Notes: generated from the letters alone by a model not told the origin. Numbered from the stretch's first letter, positions 1 to 9,268 are shown. The stretch: 64,000 nucleotides of DNA from Patescibacteria group bacterium (GCA_038064735.1 JBBTSI010000011.1:1768-65767), one strand, 5' to 3'. Made by a program: numbers and translations.

Positions 1-1107
1 GACATCAGAGATATCTAGTCCTCTAGCGGCCACATCGGTAGCCACCAAAATCTGAACTTTATTTTCTTTGAAAAGTCCTAAAGCGCGCTGGCGTCCATTT
101 TGATTTTTATTACCGTGAATTGATTCTGCTTTGAAGCCTCTCTTCACCAAAGTAGTAGAGAGCTTTTCCACACCGTGTTTGGTACGGCCGAAAATTAAAA
201 CTTTGTTGAATTCTGCTTTATTAAGTAAGTCATGAAGTATGTCGAGTTTATCCGTACCTTTTTGTACTCGCACAACATCTTGATCAATATTTTTGGCTGT
301 ATCTCTAACTTTAACCGAAACAGTGACGGGTTCGTGTAAAAATTCTTTAACTAAACCCTCAATCTCTTTGGACAAAGTCGCTGAAAAGAAAAGTGTATGG
401 CGACCTACCGGCATTTTGGCCATCATGAATCTCATATCGTTTATGAAGCCCATATCAAGCATCCGATCAGCTTCGTCAAGAACCACTGTATTGAATTCAG
501 ACAAGTTTAAACATTTATTCTCAATCATATTTTTTATTCTCCCCGGAGTACCAATGATAAATTCGTTTCGGTATTTCAAATCTCGCATTTGTTTACCCAT
601 CGGTAGTCCGCCGACAAGCAACGCCGAATAGAGCTTCATACCGAGGGTGAAGTCTTTAAGTTCTTGTTCAATTTGAATCGCAAGTTCACGAGTAGGCACG
701 ACAATCAAAACATTTTCATTTTTGTTTGCCAAAACTTTATTGATAAGCGGTATAATGAACGCCGCCGTTTTGCCGGTACCGGTATTAGCGATACCAACGA
801 CATCACTACCATTTAAGACAAACGGAATAACCTTGTCCTGAATAGGAGTAGGGAGCTGATAACCTTTTTTTATAATGTTGGCTTTGAGCCGTTCGTCGAC
901 AGCAAAATCCGCAAAACAATGTACAGGAATAAATTTTTCAACTTTTTCCTCAACTATTGTTTTGTTAATGAATCTAGCATGATCAATCCTGTCTACTTTG
1001 CCACTACGAGAACTCCTCTGAAAATTTCTTCCAGAATTTTGAGAATTCCTTTGCGGAGGTTTTTGGCCAAATCGGCCACGACTAAAATTAGTCCTTCTTT
1101 TTTCCAT
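1..1107 (-). CDS. DEAD-box RNA helicase (3' end runs off the window)
   Basis: Not in the ORF track because it has no stop in the window. Manual translation from ATG at 1107 (MEKRRTNF...) gives Q-motif PTPIQ, Walker A ANTGTGKT, LDEAD and VATDVAARGLDI in one frame down to base 1. Confidence 0.95.
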   Translation of the reverse strand, partial: MEKRRTNFSRGRFGQKPPQRNSQNSGRNFQRSSRSGKVDRIDHARFINKTIVEEKVEKFIPVHCFADFAVDERLKANIIKKGYQLPTPIQDKVIPFVLNGSDVVGIANTGTGKTAAFIIPLINKVLANKNENVLIVVPTRELAIQIEQELKDFTLGMKLYSALLVGGLPMGKQMRDLKYRNEFIIGTPGRIKNMIENKCLNLSEFNTVVLDEADRMLDMGFINDMRFMMAKMPVGRHTLFFSATLSKEIEGLVKEFLHEPVTVSVKVRDTAKNIDQDVVRVQKGTDKLDILHDLLNKAEFNKVLIFGRTKHGVEKLSTTLVKRGFKAESIHGNKNQNGRQRALGLFKENKVQILVATDVAARGLDISDV

Positions 1108-1221
1108 AAATTTTAAATTGAGGCATATTACGTCTCCGAAGTTTCCAATAAAGACGTTTGCCTCTACAATCCTGAAATAATGCTCTGGACCGAAACTAGT
1201 GAGTTTGACTCAATTGATATC

Positions 1222-1250
1222 AGTATATACTAAACCGTCTTTTTTGTCAA
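1222..1250 (-). promoter_or_regulatory. sigma70-type promoter for the DEAD-box helicase
   Basis: Minus strand TTGACA-N17-TATACT, about 110 nt upstream of the ATG. Confidence 0.75.
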
Positions 1251-1287
1251 ATTAAAACGTCCCCACCAAGAGGGAACGTTTTAATTT
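1249..1287. terminator. intrinsic terminator after the FN3 gene
   Basis: AAATTAAAACGT...ACGTTTTAATTT inverted repeat with an inner CCC/GGG stem. Confidence 0.6.
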
Positions 1288-1311
1288 GAGCATAGGTCTA
1301 ATAACTAGATG

Positions 1312-2235
1312 TTATATATTTGGGGAAGTAAAAGAACCCGAATAATAGCTTGTATTACCAGCAGCATCGCTACTTCCTACTGTGTAATAATACAAAGTAC
1401 TGGTAGCCAAACTGGGCAAACTTAATTGATGGAAAAACGAGAGAGTATCAACGCTAGCTATTGGAGCAGTGGTGGTAGAAACCGGAGAAACATTACCGAA
1501 CCAAATCTTACTGTTAGAAGCTTCGTTTGTAACCCAAATCACACTGACCGTGCTAGTACTTGAACCAATATTTGTAGCAAAAAGAATGTTTGGAAGAGTC
1601 ACATCCGCTGTTGGTTGCTTTTTTGTTACAAAAGAAAGTTCACTAGAGGTTGCGGCATTACCAGATGAATCAGTTGAAACTACTTTAAAATAATAAGTTT
1701 TATCTGGAATCAAATCAGTTAAGTTTATCTTGTGATTGAGCAATAAGGTGCCAGAACTTACGAATAATGTATCAGCTGCACCGATAGTCACAGGGCTGGT
1801 AGTACCATAATACACTTTGCTATCAGCCAATTTATTTGTGTTCCATCTTATAGCGGACGAAGAAGTTCCAATATCTATTGCGGCAACATTGGAGACAATA
1901 ATGCGAGCAGTGCTGGAAGACTGGTTGTTATTATTGTCATCTCTAGTGTTATTATAATTTTTGTTCCACCAAAACCAATTTAAAAACTTGTTTCCATCTC
2001 TATTGCTTCTCATGGCACTCATAAAAGCTCCCCAAGTACTGACTTTTTTCACCTCTTTTTTTATTTCTTTTTGTTCTTGCTTCACTTCTTTCTTGATTTC
2101 TTTTATTTCTTGGTTACTTTTGTTTTTATTGCCATTATCATTATCGGCAAAAGCCAAAGCCGGACTCAAAGAGAAAAATCCAGAAAAGGACATTATAACT
2201 GCCAAAAAGGCACTGCTTAATCTTTTGATATTCAT
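1312..2235 (-). CDS. secreted protein with two fibronectin-III / purple-acid-phosphatase-N-like domains
   Basis: Signal peptide ending ALAFA, K/E-rich linker, two repeats of W-T(N)---S-V-(Y/F)G...H...L..L...T.YY..V.S.D..GN. Confidence 0.8.
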   Translation of the reverse strand: MNIKRLSSAFLAVIMSFSGFFSLSPALAFADNDNGNKNKSNQEIKEIKKEVKQEQKEIKKEVKKVSTWGAFMSAMRSNRDGNKFLNWFWWNKNYNNTRDDNNNNQSSSTARIIVSNVAAIDIGTSSSAIRWNTNKLADSKVYYGTTSPVTIGAADTLFVSSGTLLLNHKINLTDLIPDKTYYFKVVSTDSSGNAATSSELSFVTKKQPTADVTLPNILFATNIGSSTSTVSVIWVTNEASNSKIWFGNVSPVSTTTAPIASVDTLSFFHQLSLPSLATSTLYYYTVGSSDAAGNTSYYSGSFTSPNI

Positions 2236-2298
2236 GTTTTTTTATTAGCTGTTAATTTAAATTTAAATTGCTTATAATTACGGCCTAACACTAATAAT

Positions 2299-2353
2299 GA
2301 CGCTTGTGGCAGACGGATATTACACCGTAATAAAACCCTTAGTTTGCCGTCTA
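2299..2353. promoter_or_regulatory. back-to-back ECF-type promoters GTAAT-N16-CGTC
   Basis: Plus strand GTAAT 2327-2331 and CGTC 2348-2351; minus strand GTAAT 2323-2319 and CGTC 2302-2299; identical 16-nt spacing. Confidence 0.65.
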
Positions 2354-2358
2354 TATAT

Positions 2359-2883
2359 ATGGAAATGCCTAAAGAAATATTCCTCAGGTCTTACAACCTT
2401 TACTCAGACGAAATATTCAGATTCGTCGTTTTCAAGCTGAGTGACAGAGAAAAAGCCAAAGATATCCTTCAGGATGTTTTCATGAGGACATGGATGTACA
2501 TTTCCAAAAATGGCAAAATTGACAACATCAGGGCCTTCTTATACAAAGCGGCTGGCAATGCAGTCATAGATGAATACAGAAGAAAAGACCGCAGGGACAA
2601 CAAACTTGATTCTCTTGAAACTATGGCCGAAGATGGATATGACCCTGGTTTTGACGATACTGACTCCCTGATTGAAAAGTTGGACGGAGAAGCTGCGATG
2701 AAGTTAATTCGAGAATTACCGGAAATTTATGCTGAAGTTTTGTTTCTCAGATATTCAGAAAACAAAGACATTTCCGAAATAGCTGAACTAACTGATAGAT
2801 CGAACAACACGGTTTCGGTCCAGATTAATAGAGGAATCAAACAGCTAAAAACAATCATCAATAAACATAAAAATAATTTATAA
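2359..2883 (+). CDS. ECF (sigma-70 family) RNA polymerase sigma factor
   Basis: Region 2 (AKDILQDVFMRTW...AFLYKAAGNAVIDEYRR) and region 4 (LPEIYAEVLFLRY...ISEIAEL...NTVSVQINRG). Start moved to ATG 2359 just after the ECF -10. Confidence 0.92.
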   Translation: MEMPKEIFLRSYNLYSDEIFRFVVFKLSDREKAKDILQDVFMRTWMYISKNGKIDNIRAFLYKAAGNAVIDEYRRKDRRDNKLDSLETMAEDGYDPGFDDTDSLIEKLDGEAAMKLIRELPEIYAEVLFLRYSENKDISEIAELTDRSNNTVSVQINRGIKQLKTIINKHKNNL

Positions 2884-2887
2884 AAAT

Positions 2888-3562
2888 ATGGAAAAATTAT
2901 TCGCAAAAATAAAAAAAGAAAGACTTGGCGCTGATGAAAAAGCGGAAATTTTTTCCAATCTCAAAAATTTCGTAAACGAAAATCCTATCCAAAAAATCAA
3001 ATCACCATACTCCAACCCGTGGCAAATTTTTCTTGAACATAAAACTTTTGCTACAACAGTTGCTTCCGCCATCCTTATCGTATCTTTGACTGGAAGTACC
3101 GTTTTGGCTGCTAAAAATTCATTACCCGGTGACAAACTATATCCCATAAAAATGTTAGATGAAAAAGTACAATCATTCACCACTATAGGAGCCGAAGCTC
3201 AAGCAGAAATTCATGCCTCGCAAGCTATTTCCCGCCTGCAAGAAGTGGAACAGATGGTAACAAAAAAGATACCTCTCGATATAGAAACAAAAAAAGAAAT
3301 CCAAAATAATTTCGGTAATCAGACCAGAGAAATGGAAAATCATATTAATAAATTAAAAGATAGCGGAGACAATAAAAAAGCAGAAAAAATACAATCAGAT
3401 TTCGAATCATCAATTTCCGAACACAAAAAAGCCATTATTGAGCTATCAAATATCGAAGATAAAAAATCTGAAAATCACCAAGGAGAAGTGAAAGGGGCAC
3501 AAAATGCCAAAGAAAATAACTCGAAGAAAAATACTGAAAAAAATCAGAAAAATAACGACTAA
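2888..3562 (+). CDS. probable membrane-anchored anti-sigma factor (DUF5667-like)
   Basis: Directly after the ECF gene; single TM helix followed by SLPGDKLYPIK motif and a coiled-coil C-terminus. Confidence 0.7.
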   Translation: MEKLFAKIKKERLGADEKAEIFSNLKNFVNENPIQKIKSPYSNPWQIFLEHKTFATTVASAILIVSLTGSTVLAAKNSLPGDKLYPIKMLDEKVQSFTTIGAEAQAEIHASQAISRLQEVEQMVTKKIPLDIETKKEIQNNFGNQTREMENHINKLKDSGDNKKAEKIQSDFESSISEHKKAIIELSNIEDKKSENHQGEVKGAQNAKENNSKKNTEKNQKNND

Positions 3563-3564
3563 AA

Positions 3565-4455
3565 TTATTTTGTCAAAGTTTTAGAAATCAGATGCGTTAG
3601 AAATTCTCTGATGTTTCCACCTGTGGCCTCCAAAGACTTCATGAAAGGAAAACTATGTGAAAGTTTTGGCAGAGTGTTAGTTTCCAATATAAAAAGGCCT
3701 CGTTTGGGATGCAAAATAAAATCAGATCCGGAATAATGTCTTAAACCCAAAATTTGGTGTGCTAAAATTGCCGTTTCTTGAATTTGTATCTTTTCTTCAT
3801 TACTAAAATTCCCAATCGGTAGAGGAGTATAATATTTTTGACCTCTAAAATCTTCGATAACTCCGCAAGCTACTTCCTTACCTTCGATATATTCTTCCAC
3901 CAAAAGCTCAGCTGAATGTTCAAAAGATTTTTCTAGAGCTTCTTTTATATCTAAAATTTTGCCAACAAAAGAAAAACCCAAAGAAGAACCTGAATTCAGC
4001 GGTTTGATAATAATAGGAAAAGGCAAACTCTCGTTAATTTTGCCAACTAAATTTTTTTCATCTCTATTTATGACAATATGATGCGGAGTTTTAAGACCTT
4101 GACGATTGAAAATTTCTTTCGTCATTTTTTTGTTCATACTGAGAGCCGAAGCTATGGAATTAGAGCCAGTATAAGGAACATGAAAATGCTCAAGGATTTT
4201 TTGAACTGTGCCATCTTCACCATAAGCGCCGTGCATAGCGTTTATCGCTACGTCAATAGTCTTCAAAATATCGTAAGGATTTTTTTGCAAACCTCTAGCG
4301 TGCCACTCACCATCTTTGGAAATAAAAATATCTAACGGCTCATATTCTTCTGGCAAATTGGCTAACACCGCCCCGCCGGTTTTTAAAGACACATCATATT
4401 CGGGTGATGGCCCGCCACGCAAAACTCCTACTCTGATTTTATGAGAAAACGACAT
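3565..4455 (-). CDS. ddl: D-alanine--D-alanine ligase family protein (degenerate active-site features)
   Basis: GGPSPEYDVSL, HGAYGEDG, PYTGS, KP...GSS and EEYIEG motifs present; omega loop missing. Confidence 0.85.
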   Translation of the reverse strand: MSFSHKIRVGVLRGGPSPEYDVSLKTGGAVLANLPEEYEPLDIFISKDGEWHARGLQKNPYDILKTIDVAINAMHGAYGEDGTVQKILEHFHVPYTGSNSIASALSMNKKMTKEIFNRQGLKTPHHIVINRDEKNLVGKINESLPFPIIIKPLNSGSSLGFSFVGKILDIKEALEKSFEHSAELLVEEYIEGKEVACGVIEDFRGQKYYTPLPIGNFSNEEKIQIQETAILAHQILGLRHYSGSDFILHPKRGLFILETNTLPKLSHSFPFMKSLEATGGNIREFLTHLISKTLTK

Positions 4456-4492
4456 GATTTTATTTTATCATATTTTGATATAGAATAACTAT

Positions 4493-5518
4493 ATGGAAAT
4501 CGCTTTATATAGGAAATATAGGCCTGATAATTTTAAAGAGGTTAAAGGCCAAGACCATATCGTTTCGGTTTTGGAACATGAAGCCAAAATGAGCAAAGTC
4601 TCACATGCTTATCTTTTTTCCGGTAGCCGTGGCACAGGCAAAACCTCCATCGCCCGCATTTTTGCCAAATCGCTTGGTGTAAACCCTGAAGACATTTATG
4701 AGATAGATGCCGCTTCCAACCGCGGTATCGATGAAATCAGGGCCATCCGCGATGCGGTGCACACTTACCCTTATTCTTCAAAATACAAAGTTTACATAGT
4801 TGACGAAGTTCATATGCTCACCCGCGAGGCTTGGAATGCTTTCCTCAAAACTTTGGAGGAACCGCCTGAGCACGTCATCTTCATCATGGCCACTACTGAA
4901 CAGCACAAATTGCCGGACACGGTAGTTTCGCGTTGTGAATGTTTCGCTTTCAAAAAACCTTCTCACCAAATTTTGGTTGAAGAAATTTTGAGAGTCGCCA
5001 AGGAAGAAAAATATGAAATTGAAAAAAAGTCAGCTTCGCTTATCGCGACGCTTGCCGACGGCTCTTTCCGCGATGCTCTTTCTATTTTGCAAAAAGCGAT
5101 GCATTCATCTAATGATACCAAACTAACACACACCGAAATAGAAAATGTTTTAGGTGCCCCAAAAGAATCTTTTATTTTGGAAGTATTGGAAGGTATCGCC
5201 GAACAAAATACAGAGAGAGGAATCGGGGCAGTGAGAAAAGCCAGTGAAGAAAATGCCGACATGGAAGTCTTCCTCAAAATGATTTTGCGCTCACTGCGAT
5301 TCGTTTTGCTTTTGCGTTTCGCTCCAGATATGAAAAATTTGGTCATAGACGAAACAGGGGAAGAAGAATTTGAAAAATTGGCCGAGCTTGCCAAAACTGC
5401 CAAAAACATCAACTCCAAAACTTTACTTGCCTTTTTAGAAGGCTATTCACGCCAAGCATATGCCTCAATCCCCGAACTGCCTATCGAACTTGCTATTATA
5501 GAATCTTGTGGAAATTAA
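4493..5518 (+). CDS. dnaX: DNA polymerase III subunit gamma/tau (short form)
   Basis: LYRKYRP, GSRGTGKT, EIDAASNRG, IVDEVHML, NAFLKTLEEPP, SRC. Confidence 0.95.
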   Translation: MEIALYRKYRPDNFKEVKGQDHIVSVLEHEAKMSKVSHAYLFSGSRGTGKTSIARIFAKSLGVNPEDIYEIDAASNRGIDEIRAIRDAVHTYPYSSKYKVYIVDEVHMLTREAWNAFLKTLEEPPEHVIFIMATTEQHKLPDTVVSRCECFAFKKPSHQILVEEILRVAKEEKYEIEKKSASLIATLADGSFRDALSILQKAMHSSNDTKLTHTEIENVLGAPKESFILEVLEGIAEQNTERGIGAVRKASEENADMEVFLKMILRSLRFVLLLRFAPDMKNLVIDETGEEEFEKLAELAKTAKNINSKTLLAFLEGYSRQAYASIPELPIELAIIESCGN

Positions 5519-5542
5519 AAATAAATTACATAATTAAATAAT

Positions 5543-6133
5543 ATGGAAGCTTGGATTATTTCAACATACGCTTCACATCACTATTTAATATACGCGCTTA
5601 TTTTAGTTGTTGGGTTCTTGGAAGGGCCTTATGTATCGATGGTTTGTGGAGCCATCCTCTCTTTAGGATTCTTAAATTTTTGGCCACTTTATATCGCTCT
5701 TATGATTGGCGACCTTATTGGTGACGTCATGTGGTATTTTATCGGTTACCGTTTCGGGGAAAGATTTGCACTAAAATATGGTAAATATTTCAAACTTAAT
5801 CAAGAACACATCACGAGAATCAAAACCATTTTTCACAAACATAAAAATCCTCTGCTTTTCCTTTCCAAAATAAGCAACGGCATGGGCTTTGCTTTGGCCG
5901 TGCTTTTCACTGCCGGTATGTCTAGGATTAATTTTTGGAAATTTATCGCTGTAAATGCCTTAGGACAACTCATGTGGTCTGGAATACTCATTGCTGTAGG
6001 TTTCTTTTTTGGTAATTTATATATGAGTATAAACAACGTGATGGGTAAGATTTCAATATTAGTAGTGTTTGCGATTTTCATTTTCGCAGTTATCAGATTT
6101 ATTAAATATCTTAGAGAAAAAGCTAACTTATAA
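5543..6133 (+). CDS. DedA/VTT family membrane protein
   Basis: Hydrophobic; GDLIGDVMWYFIGY and AGMSRINFWKF motifs typical of DedA. Confidence 0.85.
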   Translation: MEAWIISTYASHHYLIYALILVVGFLEGPYVSMVCGAILSLGFLNFWPLYIALMIGDLIGDVMWYFIGYRFGERFALKYGKYFKLNQEHITRIKTIFHKHKNPLLFLSKISNGMGFALAVLFTAGMSRINFWKFIAVNALGQLMWSGILIAVGFFFGNLYMSINNVMGKISILVVFAIFIFAVIRFIKYLREKANL

Positions 6134-6138
6134 TTATT

Positions 6139-6861
6139 ATGAAATTAAGTATCATTGTTCCAACTCGCAACGAAGAAAAATATATTGAGAAGACTCTAGA
6201 TTGTTACTTGAGTATAAATCTAGACAAAGAAATAATCGTAACTGACGATGGTAGTACAGATAAAACTCTCGAAATACTGAAAAAATATGGAGATAAAATA
6301 AAAGTCTTGGATCACGAAAAAACCAAATCCATCGCAGCCAATCGTAATATTGGAGCAAGAGAAGCAAAGGGTGAATTTTTTGCATTTTTGGATGCCAGCA
6401 CTTTTGTAAAAGATCCGAATGATTTTTTTAACAAAGCTATTTCAATGTTTGAACAAGATAAAGATTTAATTGCACTCACAGGTAAACTCAGTGTAGTACC
6501 TGAACTTGAAACTTTTGGAGATAAATTAGTCCACTTCTTTTTTAATCTAGTTATAATGATTAGAGACAATTATCTTGGATCAGGAGAAGCTTCAGGAAAA
6601 TTCCAGATGATGAAGAGGGGGGCTTTTGAAAAAATGGTTGGATTTAATGAAGATCTAATCGCGGGAGAAGATTCAAATATGTTTTATAGATTATCTAAAA
6701 TTGGTAAGGTCCGTTATTTCAGTTTTCTTGAAGTCTTCCACACCAGCCGCAGATCTCACACTATTGGTTGGCCGAGACTTCTTCTTATGTGGATGATAAA
6801 TATTTTTTGGATAAATATTTTTGGTAAATCAAAATTAAAAGAGTGGTCAATCATAAGATAA
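6139..6861 (+). CDS. glycosyltransferase family 2
   Basis: SIIVPTRNEE, DDGSTD, NRNIGA, GFNE...GED; the DxD position reads FLDAS. Confidence 0.9.
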   Translation: MKLSIIVPTRNEEKYIEKTLDCYLSINLDKEIIVTDDGSTDKTLEILKKYGDKIKVLDHEKTKSIAANRNIGAREAKGEFFAFLDASTFVKDPNDFFNKAISMFEQDKDLIALTGKLSVVPELETFGDKLVHFFFNLVIMIRDNYLGSGEASGKFQMMKRGAFEKMVGFNEDLIAGEDSNMFYRLSKIGKVRYFSFLEVFHTSRRSHTIGWPRLLLMWMINIFWINIFGKSKLKEWSIIR

Positions 6862-6866
6862 AAAAT

Positions 6867-7577
6867 ATGAAAATCAGTTTAGTTATGCCTGCTTATAATG
6901 AAGAAAAATACATAAAAGAAAGCCTTGAAAGTGTTTCAAAATACGGCCAAGATATTTTTGAAATTATTGTTATCAATAATGGAAGTACTGACCAAACATT
7001 TGAAGTTGCCCAAAAATTCCCAAATGTACGTGTTGTAAATGAACCCCAAAAAGGACTACCTCTTGCAAGAAATAGGGGATTACAAGAAGCCAGTGGTGAT
7101 GTCGTAGCTTTTGTAGATGCTGACACAAGAATTTCAAAAAAATGGGTCTCAGAAATAAAAAAAGAATTCCAAGGAAATCCAAATTTGGTTTCTTTAAGTG
7201 GCCCTTACAGATATTATGATGCCACCCTTATACAAAAAATATTGACTTGGGTTTATTGGAATTTTTTGGCTTATCCATCATATTTGTTGACCGGTTATCT
7301 TGGAATACTTGGCAATCTGGCGGCCAAAAAAGAAGCTCTGCAAAAAATAGGTGGATTTGATAAAAATATAAAATTTTATGGAGACGACACCGACATAACC
7401 AAAAGGCTTCATAAAATTGGCAAAGTAAAATTTTCATCAAACTTCTTTGTTTACTCATCAGCCAGAAGATTTAAAGGAGAAGGACTTTTGAAAACTGGCT
7501 ACAGATATGGTATAAATTTCTTGTCGATTGTCTTTCTAAATAAGCCATGGACTTCCACTAGTTCAGAAATAAGATAA
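6867..7577 (+). CDS. glycosyltransferase family 2
   Basis: SLVMPAYNEE, NNGSTD, ARNRG, FVDAD, GGFD, SSARR. Start set at MKISL. Confidence 0.9.
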   Translation: MKISLVMPAYNEEKYIKESLESVSKYGQDIFEIIVINNGSTDQTFEVAQKFPNVRVVNEPQKGLPLARNRGLQEASGDVVAFVDADTRISKKWVSEIKKEFQGNPNLVSLSGPYRYYDATLIQKILTWVYWNFLAYPSYLLTGYLGILGNLAAKKEALQKIGGFDKNIKFYGDDTDITKRLHKIGKVKFSSNFFVYSSARRFKGEGLLKTGYRYGINFLSIVFLNKPWTSTSSEIR

Positions 7578-8206
7578 TGGAACAAATAAAAGCTCAATAC
7601 AAAAGTCATTTTACAAATAAAGAATTTTTGATGTCTTTGTTGTTTTCCTTTTTTATATTCGGATTAGCACTTGTTGCCAATTTTTATGCTGGCACTTATG
7701 CTACCAAGATTGCCAGCAATTCCGTTACCGACATTATACTTTCTAACATCAGAGCTTACGATTTGGATGGAGTTTTTGTTTACGGTTCTTTTGTATTTTT
7801 TATTTTTGGATTATTTCTTTGTATCATAAAACCACGGCAAACACCTTTCATTATTAAAAGCGTTGCTTTGTTTATTGTTATCAGGGCAATATTTATTACT
7901 TTGACTCATATCGGACCTTTCCCATCACAGATAACCATCAATTCCGATATTTTAAGCAAATTAACATTTGGAGCAGATTTATTTTTTTCTGGACACACCG
8001 GTTTACCATTCCTTCTGGCTCTTATTTTTTGGGAAGAAAAAATTATCCGATATATTTCTTTGTTTTTCTCTCTTAGTTTTGCTGTTGTAGTTTTGCTTTC
8101 TCATATGCATTACACCATCGATGTTCTTTCCGCTTTTTTTATTACTTACGGTATTTACCACATAGCTTCATTTATTTTTCACAAAGATAAAGCATGGGAT
8201 TTATAA
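7577..8206 (+). CDS. PAP2-superfamily (sphingomyelin-synthase-like C-terminal) membrane phosphatase/phosphotransferase
   Basis: Multi-TM protein with DLFFSGHT and HMHYTIDV catalytic motifs. Confidence 0.8.
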   Translation: MEQIKAQYKSHFTNKEFLMSLLFSFFIFGLALVANFYAGTYATKIASNSVTDIILSNIRAYDLDGVFVYGSFVFFIFGLFLCIIKPRQTPFIIKSVALFIVIRAIFITLTHIGPFPSQITINSDILSKLTFGADLFFSGHTGLPFLLALIFWEEKIIRYISLFFSLSFAVVVLLSHMHYTIDVLSAFFITYGIYHIASFIFHKDKAWDL

Positions 8207-8345
8207 TAACTATATTCCTAAAATTCAACACAAAATTGGCGTGATAATAATTAAGTAACAATAATCTTTCGATATCGGTCTGTACTGCTATAAGGTCGAA
8301 AATTATAAATAAACCGTTGTAAAAGAAGCTAAATATTTTAATCCA

Positions 8346-8483
8346 ACGGGGAACGAAGTTTAATCAATTTTTAACGGCCCACCAAAGATGTTAGGCACCT
8401 CCAAGTTTGTCCTAGGATTACCCTAAGGCTCGCTTGATAGTTAGCCAAATCTTCGAGGCGATTATGTGTTCGTTAATCCCCGT
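8346..8483 (+). ncRNA. putative rod-shaped structured RNA (6S-like shape, family unassigned)
   Basis: Nested pairings ACGGGGA/TCCCCGT, ACGAA/TTCGT, TAATC/GATTA, AAGAT/ATCTT, GGC/GCC, CAAGT/GCTTG and apical CCTAGG/CCTAAGG; ORF-free; terminator follows. Confidence 0.45.
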
Positions 8484-8532
8484 AATTAATAGCGTAAAAA
8501 CAAATACTATGTGATTAAATCCATAAATTTGC

Positions 8533-8560
8533 AAAAGAAGCTTCTCCCGAGGCTTCTTTT
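8533..8560. terminator. intrinsic terminator
   Basis: AAAAGAAGCTTC-TCCC-GAGGCTTCTTTT. Confidence 0.7.
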
Positions 8561-8609
8561 CGCTGTATCACCCACGCCACCCCGCGAGCAATCAAGGGGA
8601 TTTTCTTTA

Positions 8610-8636
8610 GTCCCGAGAAGCTTTAGCGAAGTGGGA
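8610..8636 (-). repeat. short palindromic element (TTC-bulge family), intergenic copy
   Basis: Reverse complement TCCCACTTCGCTAAAGCTTCTCGGGAC is nearly identical to the leuS copy at 48217. Confidence 0.8.
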
Positions 8637-8690
8637 TTTTTTACTAATTCACTGAAATATGTTAATCTAACTTCGTCCAATTAAGAATAT

Positions 8691-8761
8691 TGGGAGGTCG
8701 TCTAACGGCAGGACAGGTGCCTTTGAAGCACTCAATGAAGGTTCGATTCCTTCCCTCCCAG
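8691..8761 (+). tRNA. tRNA-Gln(UUG)
   Basis: Acceptor TGGGAGG/CCTCCCA, anticodon arm GGTGC-CT-TTG-AA-GCACT, T arm GAAGG-TTCGATT-CCTTC; CCA not encoded. Confidence 0.95.
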
Positions 8762-8793
8762 CCCGAATAAAACTTGTTTGGTATAATATAGAT

Positions 8794-9240
8794 ATGAAAA
8801 AAGTTATTATATTTTTAGGGATTGTGGTTGTTTTTATCAGCATATTTTATGTTTTTAGTAACAACAAAAAAACTATAATTGGTGGAGATAAAGATATACA
8901 TGGATGTCTTGGTCCAGCCGGATATTCTTGGTGCGAAGCTAAGCAACTCTGTATAAGACCATGGGAAGAATATTGCACCGCAACTGTCGGCAAAACTGTC
9001 AGTTTCACTTGCGATGCCGCCAAATCTATTATTGCTACTTTTTATATAGGAGATGATAAATTAGTTGATTTAAAACTAAGCGATGGCAAGAATATTTCTG
9101 TTCCACGCGCTATTTCTGCTTCTGGGGCGCGGTATGCCAATCAAGATGAAAGTTTCGTGTTTTGGAACAAAGGTGACACAGCTTTTATAACCGAAGGTGC
9201 CAGTAGTACCATGACTTTTAGCAACTGTGTTTTAAAATAA
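8794..9240 (+). CDS. membrane-anchored MliC-family lysozyme-inhibitor domain protein
   Basis: N-terminal TM, GGDKDIHGC...GYSWC motif, then AISASGARYA...FWNKGD (MliC signature). Confidence 0.8.
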   Translation: MKKVIIFLGIVVVFISIFYVFSNNKKTIIGGDKDIHGCLGPAGYSWCEAKQLCIRPWEEYCTATVGKTVSFTCDAAKSIIATFYIGDDKLVDLKLSDGKNISVPRAISASGARYANQDESFVFWNKGDTAFITEGASSTMTFSNCVLK

Positions 9241-9268
9241 CCACAACTTCGTACCAGACGGCCAACTG

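Noticed and set aside
293-1116. Plus-strand ORFs 293..631 and 919..1116
   Set aside because: They are antisense shadows of the DEAD-box helicase. The same applies to the many short ORFs overlapping established genes on the opposite strand.
2045-2110. KEIKKEVK tandem repeat in the FN3 gene
   Set aside because: Ordinary low-complexity coding repeat.
4493-5518. Programmed frameshift producing a longer tau subunit
   Set aside because: The next gene begins 25 nt after the stop, leaving no room for a tau extension.
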